From Candidatus Marinacidobacterales bacterium (lineage in GTDB: Bacteria; Acidobacteriota; Vicinamibacteria; Marinacidobacterales; DATDRI01), in assembly GCA_965219415.1 (NCBI GenBank), contig CBDCNP010000002.1:1088001-1152000 (forward strand): DNA of 64,000 nt, given 5' to 3'. Below the pieces are notes generated by a model. It was not told where the DNA came from, searched no databases, and saw only the letters and a program-made list of their open reading frames with translations. This document shows, one piece after another, positions 48,489-57,898 of the stretch (its first letter is position 1; the number at the start of each line of letters is the position of its first letter). A program made the position numbers and the translations under genes.

Positions 48489-49517
48489 TCACACAACCGT
48501 CATCTTCATCCAATCCGCCGTGTTGTGGAAGTCGGCGACGAAGCTCCCGGGCGGCACTAATTCGTCGCACGCCGCGCGCAGATCGTCGCTTAGCTCCATC
48601 CCCATCAAGGGCACCAATCTTTCGAGCTGCTCGGACGTTCGAGGACCGACCAGTGGTGCGGTGATCCCCGGCTGGTCTTTGCACCAGAGAACGGCCAGTT
48701 GCGCTGAACTCAGACCCGCCTCTTTTGCGATCGCGGCGAGCTGGCGAGCGATGTCGATTCCCGCCGCGGTCACCCGGTCGGCGTAGTAGCCGCCTCTCAA
48801 TGCCGCGCGGGAACCCTCCGGGTACTCGGTGTCGGCCGCGTAACGCCCGGAGAGAATACCCTGCGCCATCGGCGCCCAACTGATGATCCCCAGTCCCCAC
48901 TTCTGACACATCGGGATGAGCTCGTTCTCGATGCGCCGGTCGAGCAGATTGTAGGGCGGCTGCTCGGATACGTAACGCACGTAACCTTTCAGCTCGCTGG
49001 TCATGAGGGCTTCCATCACCATCCATGCCGGGTGTGTGGAGCAGCCGACGTAGCGCACTTTGCCCTGGCGGACGAGGTCGGTCAGTGCTCCCAGCGTCTC
49101 GTCGATCGGAGTTTCGGGAGAGGGACGATGCATCTGATAGAAATCGATGTAGTCCGTTTGCAACCGAGCGAGTGCCTCCTCACAGGCGCGGATAATGTTC
49201 AGGCGAGAATGGCCATGGTGGTTGGGATTGATTCCGGGCGCGTAGACGTCGAGGTTCACCCCCGGCACGTGATCGACCTTGGTCGAAATGAGCGTCGAGT
49301 GGCGACGGCCGTTGGACTTGAGCGCTCGGCCGATGATCCTTTCGCCCTCTCCCTCGGCGTAGATGTCGCCGGTATCCAGCAGGTTGATGCCGGCATCGAA
49401 CGCCCGGTCGAGCATCTCGATGCACTCCGCTTCGGGTGTCGCGTCCGCGAAGTTATCGGTCCCGAAGCACAGTGGAGAGACCCTTACGCCGGTTCGACCT
49501 AGCTGGCGGTATTCCAC
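48489..49517 (-). CDS. Aldo/keto reductase
   Basis: LGRTGVRVSPLCFGT, DTGDIY, LQTDYID, QPPYNLL. Confidence 0.93.
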   Translation of the reverse strand: MEYRQLGRTGVRVSPLCFGTDNFADATPEAECIEMLDRAFDAGINLLDTGDIYAEGEGERIIGRALKSNGRRHSTLISTKVDHVPGVNLDVYAPGINPNHHGHSRLNIIRACEEALARLQTDYIDFYQMHRPSPETPIDETLGALTDLVRQGKVRYVGCSTHPAWMVMEALMTSELKGYVRYVSEQPPYNLLDRRIENELIPMCQKWGLGIISWAPMAQGILSGRYAADTEYPEGSRAALRGGYYADRVTAAGIDIARQLAAIAKEAGLSSAQLAVLWCKDQPGITAPLVGPRTSEQLERLVPLMGMELSDDLRAACDELVPPGSFVADFHNTADWMKMTVV

Positions 49518-49519
49518 AG

Positions 49520-50866
49520 TTAGGGAACCAAAATGATCTTCTCATTCGGCGGATACAACCACTCCACCCCGTTGGCGGTGACGACGTGATTGTCTTCGAA
49601 ATTGATGGCCAATCGCCTATTCCATTCCGGCATCCAGGTGTGAACGATGTACTCGAACGAGAACAAGTTGTTCGGTTGAATCATGACGTGGCCGCGATAC
49701 GGTCGAAACGGGGCAATGGCAGGTCCCACCGCGACCTCACTGTTTCCAGTGTTGCCTACCGTATGACAATCGATGGAGATCCCCGGTCTCGGATCGTCCC
49801 CCAGTGCAGCCACGATTTCGCGATCTCTATCTGTATCCTCGAACGGCGTGTAGACGTAACCCGCTTCTTCGAGTGCGGCGACGATCGCCTTCAGCGTGTC
49901 GCCCGCGGTGCGACCCACTCTGATATTTCGGCGGATAATGGGTCTTGCGTCCAGACCGTATTGCCATGCCTTGGCGACACTATCCGGCACCTCGGTCTCC
50001 CCTTCACGCAGGAGATAGGCGTTTCGCTTCCAATCGGTTCCGAAATTGAGCCATCGGAGATTCGCGTCCCAAGACAACAGATCGCCGGGCTGCAGTATGT
50101 AATCGCTCTTCCTTGTTTCCGACCGGTCTGACACATGAGAGTGCATCACACCCGGCATGCTCCTACTCGTGCCGTACAAGGACGTCCACAACCCTTTTTC
50201 CATTTGGCGGTCTTGAGCCCACCAACCCACGTCCTCCAGCGTCGTGATCCCCGGCTTGATATGACGATACGCCGACTCCATGATCTGCCGTTGTATCTCC
50301 GAGATGTTCGCGAAGGCGATGATCTCCCTCTGCACTCTTCTGACCCGGAAGTCGGTGATGACGTTCTCCGAGGACGTCAGGCGGGACGCGTACTTGTCGC
50401 CCAGCATTTTGACCAGCTTCAAGTATTGGGTGTGGGAGAGACCGTCGGCATGGGTTAGCCATTCCGACATGTTGACCGCGATGGTTTTCGGATCACGTTC
50501 CGCGACGAACTCGGTCAGTTCGCTCTCCGGGCCAAAGATATCGAAAACGGACCGGTCCGCAAGGTACGCAAAATCGTGTCCGAGAAGCGCTCGTTCGATG
50601 CGGTCGCCACCGCGATCGGTGAAGATGATCCATCCCGCGGTGGCACCGAAGTCCAAGTCGAAAGCGTCGGGATCACCTCTTCGCATGGCGTGGATCCACA
50701 TATCGACGTTGTTGTCCCGCATCGCCCCGGGGAGGATGAGATCAAGCTTTTCCTTACGGATGAGGTTCATGATCTGATAGCGAGTTCGCGCATCCTGAGA
50801 GTAGGCCTCGAGCCCTACCAAAAGCAGGACGGCACTCAATGAAACGAGGAGAATCCTATTCTTCAT
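49520..50866 (-). CDS. Secreted M24-like protein, paralog 5
   Basis: SWDAN, GTDWK, DCHTVG, FEYIVH, NFEDN. Confidence 0.82.
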   Translation of the reverse strand: MKNRILLVSLSAVLLLVGLEAYSQDARTRYQIMNLIRKEKLDLILPGAMRDNNVDMWIHAMRRGDPDAFDLDFGATAGWIIFTDRGGDRIERALLGHDFAYLADRSVFDIFGPESELTEFVAERDPKTIAVNMSEWLTHADGLSHTQYLKLVKMLGDKYASRLTSSENVITDFRVRRVQREIIAFANISEIQRQIMESAYRHIKPGITTLEDVGWWAQDRQMEKGLWTSLYGTSRSMPGVMHSHVSDRSETRKSDYILQPGDLLSWDANLRWLNFGTDWKRNAYLLREGETEVPDSVAKAWQYGLDARPIIRRNIRVGRTAGDTLKAIVAALEEAGYVYTPFEDTDRDREIVAALGDDPRPGISIDCHTVGNTGNSEVAVGPAIAPFRPYRGHVMIQPNNLFSFEYIVHTWMPEWNRRLAINFEDNHVVTANGVEWLYPPNEKIILVP

Positions 50867-50870
50867 GGCT

Positions 50871-52088
50871 CTATTCCTCTACAGCAACTGTATCGTCGCT
50901 GAATTGAAGCAGCTCGATATTGCGGAGTGAGTCCGTTCCATCTCGATCGGCGACTCCGTCACTTACAGTAACGGTCCCCCCTTCTTTCGAGATCTCGTAT
51001 TCGGTAGAAGGCCCGGAAAAGACTGCGGTGTCTTCTCCCTCCCCGCCGTCGAGCTCGTTGTTTCCCGCGTTCCCCGTCAGGACGTTGTCGTAGCCATTGC
51101 CCTTCAGGTTGGCGTCGTTGGCACCGGTCAGGGTCGCTTTCGTCAGGTGCTGAGACTTGTAGGTATAGGCGGCGGATGGATCGAGCTCCATCGAGAACGT
51201 GCCAGAGAAATCCTCGGGAAGCTCAGGAGTATAGGTTAAATAGGGAGGAAAGAACTTCTCGATGACCGCATAGCCCAGCGGGTCTTTCTCCTTCTGCTTT
51301 GCGCGACTGTTGGCGAAGTAGCGGCCGAAGTGAGAGTGCCCTTCCGGAATTTCACCGGGCTCGATAGCTCGCCCTTCATACTTGGTGGGGTGGATCGCCC
51401 ATAGGTCGAGGTAATTGTCGATGAGAACGCCAACGTATTCGTTGGTGTGCTCCTCCGGTTCGTCATCGGGCCAGCCCCGCCAGCCGTTCTCGGTCGCTAC
51501 AGCGTTGGCTTCTTTCATCTCCGCGATCATTTCCGGTAGCGTGGGCTTGATACCGTAATCATGAACCAGGTGCCAGATCTCCTCGTACGATGCATCGCGG
51601 GTCACGTGACTCATATAGTCTTCGTCGCCAACGGCGGGGCTCTCGTTGGCCCGCAGATCCTGCATGCTCAAGTCTGTGGCAACGCCCAGCCCGCCGCGCA
51701 TAGCGGCTTGCAGATCGGGTTGGGTGTTGAAGAAGACCATCGTGGCCTTCTTGTCCGACATCGAGTTGGCGACTGCGGACTTGTCGTCACCATAGGCCGA
51801 GCCCGGGTAGTCGGTGAGGATATACTCCAAGACATTTCTGCCGTGCTTGATCTGGTCATCGGTCCAGCCGTCCTGGGCCAGAATGTGGATGGGTTTTCCG
51901 TTCGGAGCGATGACCTTGGTGTACTTCACGAAGTGCCCCTTGAATACCTCAGGAACGTCATCGGGCAGCGGAACGATACCGTTGGGTGAAGTAGAAGTGT
52001 CGATCTCAGGAAGAGTGACTTGCTCTTTCGGCTGACACGAGACCAGCAAGAAAGAGCTCGCGAGAAGAACTAGCAGTCCGGTTTTCAT
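50871..52088 (-). CDS. Lipoprotein with EExxH zincin-like domain and C-terminal RTX/serralysin-type Ca-binding repeats
   Basis: Lipobox LVSC; YEEIWHLVH; NEY; KDPLGY; GNGYDNVLTGNAGNNELDGGEGED. Confidence 0.7.
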   Translation of the reverse strand: MKTGLLVLLASSFLLVSCQPKEQVTLPEIDTSTSPNGIVPLPDDVPEVFKGHFVKYTKVIAPNGKPIHILAQDGWTDDQIKHGRNVLEYILTDYPGSAYGDDKSAVANSMSDKKATMVFFNTQPDLQAAMRGGLGVATDLSMQDLRANESPAVGDEDYMSHVTRDASYEEIWHLVHDYGIKPTLPEMIAEMKEANAVATENGWRGWPDDEPEEHTNEYVGVLIDNYLDLWAIHPTKYEGRAIEPGEIPEGHSHFGRYFANSRAKQKEKDPLGYAVIEKFFPPYLTYTPELPEDFSGTFSMELDPSAAYTYKSQHLTKATLTGANDANLKGNGYDNVLTGNAGNNELDGGEGEDTAVFSGPSTEYEISKEGGTVTVSDGVADRDGTDSLRNIELLQFSDDTVAVEE

Positions 52089-52115
52089 TCGTAATCCCCT
52101 GAATTCGCAAGCAGC

Positions 52116-54860
52116 CTACTGGTCGTACCACTGATCTGCCAAGATACGGGCGGTGCGTTTCATGACAAGGTCGCCGACAGTTAGCACGATCGTGTATTCA
52201 CCAGGCCGCACCCGGAAGTGCCTGAAATCTCGCTCGGTGGGCCCGGCATCGTGGACCCGGGTTCGCATGGAGTAGCCGTCCATGGTCACTTCCTCGTCGG
52301 CGGCGCCGTAGAAATCGACCGTGTCGTAGTAATCGAAGAACTCCTGATCCGCTTCCCGGTATTGCTGCCCTTCATCCCAGCGAGCCCGTTCCTCTTCGGG
52401 GCGAGGTTCCCGCCGGGTCATGCCCCACTCGACGCGGTTCAACCCCACTGCGCCCGAGCCAGTGAGCTGGTTGATGAGTTTGTCTCCGTCGTAGACCTGG
52501 ACCGAGACGTCTGCTGCGGGCTCACCGACGTAGTAGTTGATGACGACACCATGGGGCTCGTTTTCGCCCACGAAGTTCTGCGCACTCACCGCCGGCTGAC
52601 TCGTCATCACCCATTGGATCTTGGGCTCGACCTCGAAAAGATAGGCTTCGCTTTCGAGCACCTCCGCGGTGAGCTCCTGCAAGGGCGAGATGTCGGTAAT
52701 AAAGAGACTGCGGCCGTGCGTGCCGACCACGAGATCGTTCTCCCGCGGATGGATCACCAGATCGTGCACGCCGTTGGTGGGCATGTTGTTCTGCATACGA
52801 GCCCAATGCGCTCCGCCGTCGATCGACACGTACACCGCTTTTTCGTTGCCGACAAACAGCAGGTTCGCGTTCTTATGATCTTCCACGATCACGTTGATCG
52901 GTTCATCAGGCAGTCCGCCAGCGATCGATTCCCACATCTCTCCAGAATCCGTGGTCTTGTACAAGTATGCTTTGAAGTCATCACGTCGCCGCCCGTTATA
53001 CGCCACGTACGCCGTGTTGGGGTCGTGGTGGGAAGCCGTCACACGGCTTACCCAGGTCTCGGGATTTCCGGGAATATGCTTGTTTAGCAGAGTCCACGTC
53101 TTCCCCCCGTCCCGGGTGACCTGAACGTTGCCGTCGTCGGTCCCCACCCAAAGTATGGTCTTGTCTAGCGGTGATTCGTCCAAAGTGGTGATCGTTCCAT
53201 AGGCGAGCGGTCCCATCGCGCGGGTTGCGGGATCGTTCTTCGTCAGATCCGGACTCACCTCTTCCCAATCTCGACCCTGGAAAGACGAGCGCAACACCAT
53301 GTTGGCCCCGTGATAAATCACGTTGCTGTCGTGCCGTGAAAGCAGAATGGGAGCGTCCGGATTGAAACGCAGCTCCGGATTCCCGTCGTACATGATCCGA
53401 AGACGGGTGCCCATCTTTTGATCGATCTTCATCAGGTCGCCATTCTGTGACTCGGCGTAAAGCCAGCGTCCGTTGGTCGAGTCTACTTGGCAAAAGTACC
53501 CATCCCCACCGAGCATATGTTCCCAGTCTTCGAACCGGATCGGGAACCGACCCTTCTTCGTGCTCGGGCCTTTCCAGGTTCCGAAGTCCTGTGTTCCGCC
53601 GTACACGTTATAGGGGTAATCCATGTCGACGCAGATGCCGTAGAACTGTCCGAAGGGCAGTTCATCGGGGTGGTACCAGTTCTTTCCCCCGTCGTAGGTG
53701 ATCGCCATACCGTAGTCGTACCCCAAGAGCATGTGGTCCGGGTTTCGCTCGTCGATCCACATCGCGTGGTTGTCGCCACCCCACTCGAACCCGAGGCTCC
53801 ATGTGGCTCCACCGTCACGAGATTGAACGTTTCCGTACCCGAGTACATAGACATGGTCGGAGTCGGTGGGATCGATTCGGATCCGACCGAAATACGATCC
53901 TCCGGTGAGCTGCCTGCCCACCGGGCTCACTCGTCGCCAGGTCTCGCCGCCGTTGTCGGTCCGATAGACACGATTGCGATACCGCTCGTCGTCCGTTTCC
54001 TTCACAAGTATCGAGGCGTAGAGTATCGCCGGTCCCTCGGGATAGATCGTGAGGCCGATTCGACCCACCGAGCCGGTCGGCAGACCCGTCTCGAGCTTCC
54101 TCCACGTGTCGCCGCCGTCGGTCGTCTTGTATATGCCGCTTCCCGGACCACCTTCGAAAAACATCCAAGGCTTGCTGGTTCTGTCATAGGCGGCCGCATA
54201 GAGGGTCTTCGGCTCTTGGGGATCGATGGCCAGATCGACGAAGCTGATATGCCGCCCTTCTTCGACAACCTTCAGCACCTGTTCCCAGCTCCCTCCACCG
54301 TCCGTCGTCCGGTAGATTCCTCGTTCCGGGTTATCGGTGTACAAGTGGCCAAGCGCCGCCACATAGACGACATCGGAGTCCCTCGGATGGATCACGATCC
54401 GCCCGATCTGGTGGGATTCGGGGAGCCCCATGTTGGTCCAGGTCCTCCCCGCGTCGGTCGACTTGTACACTCCGTCGCCCCAGTAGGAGGCGTAAGGGTC
54501 GGTGGTGCTGTTGTTGGGCTCCCCCGTTCCGACCCAGACGACATCTGGATTGGAAGGCGCGACGGCAATGTTACCGATCGCAATCACGTTTTGATGGTCG
54601 AAAATCGGCTCGAACGTCGTCCCGTTGTTCACCGTCTTCCACAAGCCACCGTTGGCGGCGGCAACGTAGAAAGTGTACGGCTGCTTCGACGGGTCGGGTA
54701 CGGCAAAGTCCACGATCCGCCCACCCTGGCGAGTGGGGCCGATGGAGCGGTAGTGAAAATGGGACAGAAGCTCCTGGGACAACTCCTGCGCCTCTCCCCC
54801 TGACGGCACGAGCAAGGCAACGCAGGCGACGACAACGAGAACACAACGGAACCTAGTCAT
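52116..54860 (-). CDS. VPS10/BNR-repeat secreted beta-propeller (sortilin/glycosyl-hydrolase-like)
   Basis: GAGGAG RBS, signal peptide, repeated S/TxDGGxTW Asp-boxes, GTHGRS. Confidence 0.88.
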   Translation of the reverse strand: MTRFRCVLVVVACVALLVPSGGEAQELSQELLSHFHYRSIGPTRQGGRIVDFAVPDPSKQPYTFYVAAANGGLWKTVNNGTTFEPIFDHQNVIAIGNIAVAPSNPDVVWVGTGEPNNSTTDPYASYWGDGVYKSTDAGRTWTNMGLPESHQIGRIVIHPRDSDVVYVAALGHLYTDNPERGIYRTTDGGGSWEQVLKVVEEGRHISFVDLAIDPQEPKTLYAAAYDRTSKPWMFFEGGPGSGIYKTTDGGDTWRKLETGLPTGSVGRIGLTIYPEGPAILYASILVKETDDERYRNRVYRTDNGGETWRRVSPVGRQLTGGSYFGRIRIDPTDSDHVYVLGYGNVQSRDGGATWSLGFEWGGDNHAMWIDERNPDHMLLGYDYGMAITYDGGKNWYHPDELPFGQFYGICVDMDYPYNVYGGTQDFGTWKGPSTKKGRFPIRFEDWEHMLGGDGYFCQVDSTNGRWLYAESQNGDLMKIDQKMGTRLRIMYDGNPELRFNPDAPILLSRHDSNVIYHGANMVLRSSFQGRDWEEVSPDLTKNDPATRAMGPLAYGTITTLDESPLDKTILWVGTDDGNVQVTRDGGKTWTLLNKHIPGNPETWVSRVTASHHDPNTAYVAYNGRRRDDFKAYLYKTTDSGEMWESIAGGLPDEPINVIVEDHKNANLLFVGNEKAVYVSIDGGAHWARMQNNMPTNGVHDLVIHPRENDLVVGTHGRSLFITDISPLQELTAEVLESEAYLFEVEPKIQWVMTSQPAVSAQNFVGENEPHGVVINYYVGEPAADVSVQVYDGDKLINQLTGSGAVGLNRVEWGMTRREPRPEEERARWDEGQQYREADQEFFDYYDTVDFYGAADEEVTMDGYSMRTRVHDAGPTERDFRHFRVRPGEYTIVLTVGDLVMKRTARILADQWYDQ

Positions 54861-54978
54861 ACTCCTCGAGTACGGCATGGTGGGCGCCATGATACAAGAA
54901 AAACTTTCAAAGTCGAGCCGGGATTGTACTCGCGAGACCCGCTGCAGTAGGCTCCTAGCCCAACGAAAGGGGGAGGTC

Positions 54979-56394
54979 ATGAGATCTCGGGTAGCGTTCG
55001 TTCTAACTTTGATTCCTATCCTATTCACGGCGGAGGCCGCTCAAGGGCAACCAGGGGTCCATACGGCGAAGACCAGCTCAGAAGTCCTGGCGCTCATACG
55101 AGCGGAAAAACTCGATCTCATTCTGCCGGGTGCTATGCGCGACAACAAAGTCGATATGTGGATTCACGTCACTCGCACCGGCAACCAAGATCCTCTGTAC
55201 CCGCATTTCGGGTACACCGCGGGCTATCTTATTTTTACCGATAGGGGCGACAAGATTGAGCGGGCCGTCTTCGGCCGGGCCGGCGCGGTTCCCGATATCG
55301 ACGTACGCGGTTCCCGCGCCATCGCCCGAGCGATCGAGGGCTACGATTATCGAACCCTGGACTTCTCCGTTTACGACGAGCTCAGGGACTTCGTGGCGGA
55401 GCGCGATCCGCAAACGATCGCGGTCAACTTTTCCGATTGGCTCGCGATAGCAGATGGGATCTCTTACACCCAATACAAAAAACTGGAAGAGATCCTGGGC
55501 CCCAAGTACTCCGAGAGAATCGTGTCCGCGGAAAACCTGATCACCGATTTCAGGGTGAGAAGGACTATCAGAGAAGTGGCTGCATTTATCGAGGCACTCG
55601 AGATTCATCGTCAGATCCTCGAGCGTTCTTTGTCGAATGAGGTGATCACGCCGGGCGTGACAACCCGGGCGGATGTCGGTTGGTGGGTCAAGGAACAGTT
55701 CTTCAAGCGCGGTTTGACCCAGGGATTTAGAACCAGGGTAGGGACGCCAGGTGTCATCTATTCAGCGGTCTCGGACCGAGACACAACACGCTCCCCCGAC
55801 TACGTCTTGCAACGAGGGGATTTTCTCTCCTTCGACAACGGAGTCCGGTATCTGGACTACTACCAGACGGACTACAAGCGCAATGCCTACATCATGAGGG
55901 AAGGCGAAACCAGTGTTCCCGCCCCCATACAGCTGGCCTACGACCGAGCGATCGCGGCACGCGGGATTATCCGGCAGCACGTCAAGGTAGGCAAAACGGC
56001 GGGACAAACGTTGGAAGATCTCATCGCCGCGTTAAAAGATGCAGGCTATATCTACACACCCTTTACCGATCGATCCCCGGAAGATTATGAGAACCTACAA
56101 AAGGCGCTAGCCAACACGGACAAGTCCGGATTTTCCATCGATCTCCACAGCGAGGGAAACAGAAATGGCGGCTTGGAAACGCTCGGGCCATCCATCGCAG
56201 CATTTCGGCGGGACCGCGATGATTTAGTGGTCCAGGAGAATCATCTCTTTTCGCTAGAGTTCTTGGTCAACACCAACCACCCCGATCGGCCAGGTTTTCC
56301 GATGGTCCTCAACATCGAGGGCAATCACATCGTATCGAGCCGGGGAGTGGAGTTTCTTCATCCACCCAATGAACGAATCTTGCTGATCCATTGA
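54979..56394 (+). CDS. Secreted M24-like protein, paralog 6
   Basis: SFDNG, QTDYK, DLHSEG, LEFLVN, NIEGN. Confidence 0.82.
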   Translation: MRSRVAFVLTLIPILFTAEAAQGQPGVHTAKTSSEVLALIRAEKLDLILPGAMRDNKVDMWIHVTRTGNQDPLYPHFGYTAGYLIFTDRGDKIERAVFGRAGAVPDIDVRGSRAIARAIEGYDYRTLDFSVYDELRDFVAERDPQTIAVNFSDWLAIADGISYTQYKKLEEILGPKYSERIVSAENLITDFRVRRTIREVAAFIEALEIHRQILERSLSNEVITPGVTTRADVGWWVKEQFFKRGLTQGFRTRVGTPGVIYSAVSDRDTTRSPDYVLQRGDFLSFDNGVRYLDYYQTDYKRNAYIMREGETSVPAPIQLAYDRAIAARGIIRQHVKVGKTAGQTLEDLIAALKDAGYIYTPFTDRSPEDYENLQKALANTDKSGFSIDLHSEGNRNGGLETLGPSIAAFRRDRDDLVVQENHLFSLEFLVNTNHPDRPGFPMVLNIEGNHIVSSRGVEFLHPPNERILLIH

Positions 56395-56414
56395 GTCTGA
56401 GGCTCTCCCAAGCG

Positions 56415-57880
56415 CTAGTGTATTAGGAACACTTCCTCGTTGGGTGGCTGAATGAACTCAACGCCCTTGCTGGTTATGAGCTGGGGATTCGAAATGTTGA
56501 AACACAGCGGGTAACCGGGTCTTTCGGCAATGTTCATATGGACCATGTACTCGAAAGCGAATAGATGGTTCTCTTGGATCCTCAAATGGTGCGTGTCGGG
56601 CCGAAACCCCGACATGGAGGGTCCGATAACTCCGTTTCCCATGCCGGCGTTTCCAAAACTGTGATTGTCAATGGAAAAGCCGGCTACGTCAGTTCCTTTG
56701 TTAGCAAGCGCTTTCTGCACCAGCAGATAATCTAGCGTGTTCTTGCCGTTGGCAGTCAATCCTCGTGAATTGATGAAAGGCGTATATATGTAGCCCTTTT
56801 CTTCCATGGCTTTGACCATGGCATTCAAAGATTCCCCGGCGGTCATCCCGACCTTCATGTGGTCCCGCATCATCCATTGACCTGCGATCGCCTTGTCATA
56901 GACCCTCTGCAAAAAGTCGGGCACCTTTGTCTCACCCTCCCTCAAAATATAGGCATGAATCTTGGTATCGACCCCGAAGCCCATGTAGTCACCCCCAGGA
57001 TCGCCGCCACCGCCTACAAATAGATCGCCACGCTGAAGAACGTAGTCGGGGTTATGAATAAACCATCTGACGTCGGGGGGCGATATGTCTACCGTTTTTT
57101 CGGGTGGGTTGACCGCCGAATAGTAAACCCGGGCGTTGATGTCGGCGATTGTGGTTACTCCGGGGACGACTTTCGATAGCCTCTCTAGGGCCCGCTGGCG
57201 AGCCAGCGCCAAAACTTCGACCTGTGCCGCCACTTCTCTGCTCGTTCTTCTTATTACGAAGTCTGAGATGACCTTCTCTGCCGATACAATCCTCGAAGAG
57301 TATTTGGCGCCCAAGATTTTCGTCAACCGCAGGTACTCAGAATACGAAATCCCATCTGATTGGACGATCCACACGGACGTGTTGACCGCGATCGTTTTTG
57401 GATCACGTTTAGCAACAAACTCCGTGAATTCGTCGTAGACATCGGGCTCTTCCCTGGGATAGGGAATGTAGACATAGCCCGCCTCTTCGCCATATTCCTC
57501 TGACACGCGAAATCCTTCACCCTGAGGATCAATGGCCCGCGCGAAGTCGGTGGAGCCGCGTACGTCGATTCTTTCAACGGCCCCTTCTTCGCCAAAGACA
57601 GCCCGTTCGATCCGGTCCCCTAGGTCCGTGAAAACCAGATAACCCCAGGTACTGCCAAAAACTGAGCCAGCGGATCCGGGTCTCCGTCACGAGTGACGTG
57701 AATCCACATGTCCACGTCGTTGTCGCGCATAGCACCCGGCAGAATCAGGTCGAGTTTGTCGTTTCTCATCAGGCGAAGCGCTTCCACGTCGGTCTGCGGC
57801 GTACGTGCGGGTAATTGTGCTTGGACCGTAGACACGGTGAACATCGAAGAAACGAGAAATACGATGGTTCGGAAGACCAT
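56415..57880 (-). pseudogene. Secreted M24-like protein, paralog 7 (degenerate metal site), with one frameshift in the A5 run at 57657-57661
   Basis: The N-terminal ORF 57620-57880 continues as FGSTWGYLVFTDLGDRIERAVFG in the frame of 56415..57506. Confidence 0.8.
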
Positions 57881-57898
57881 GAGCTCCTCCCTTCCTAC

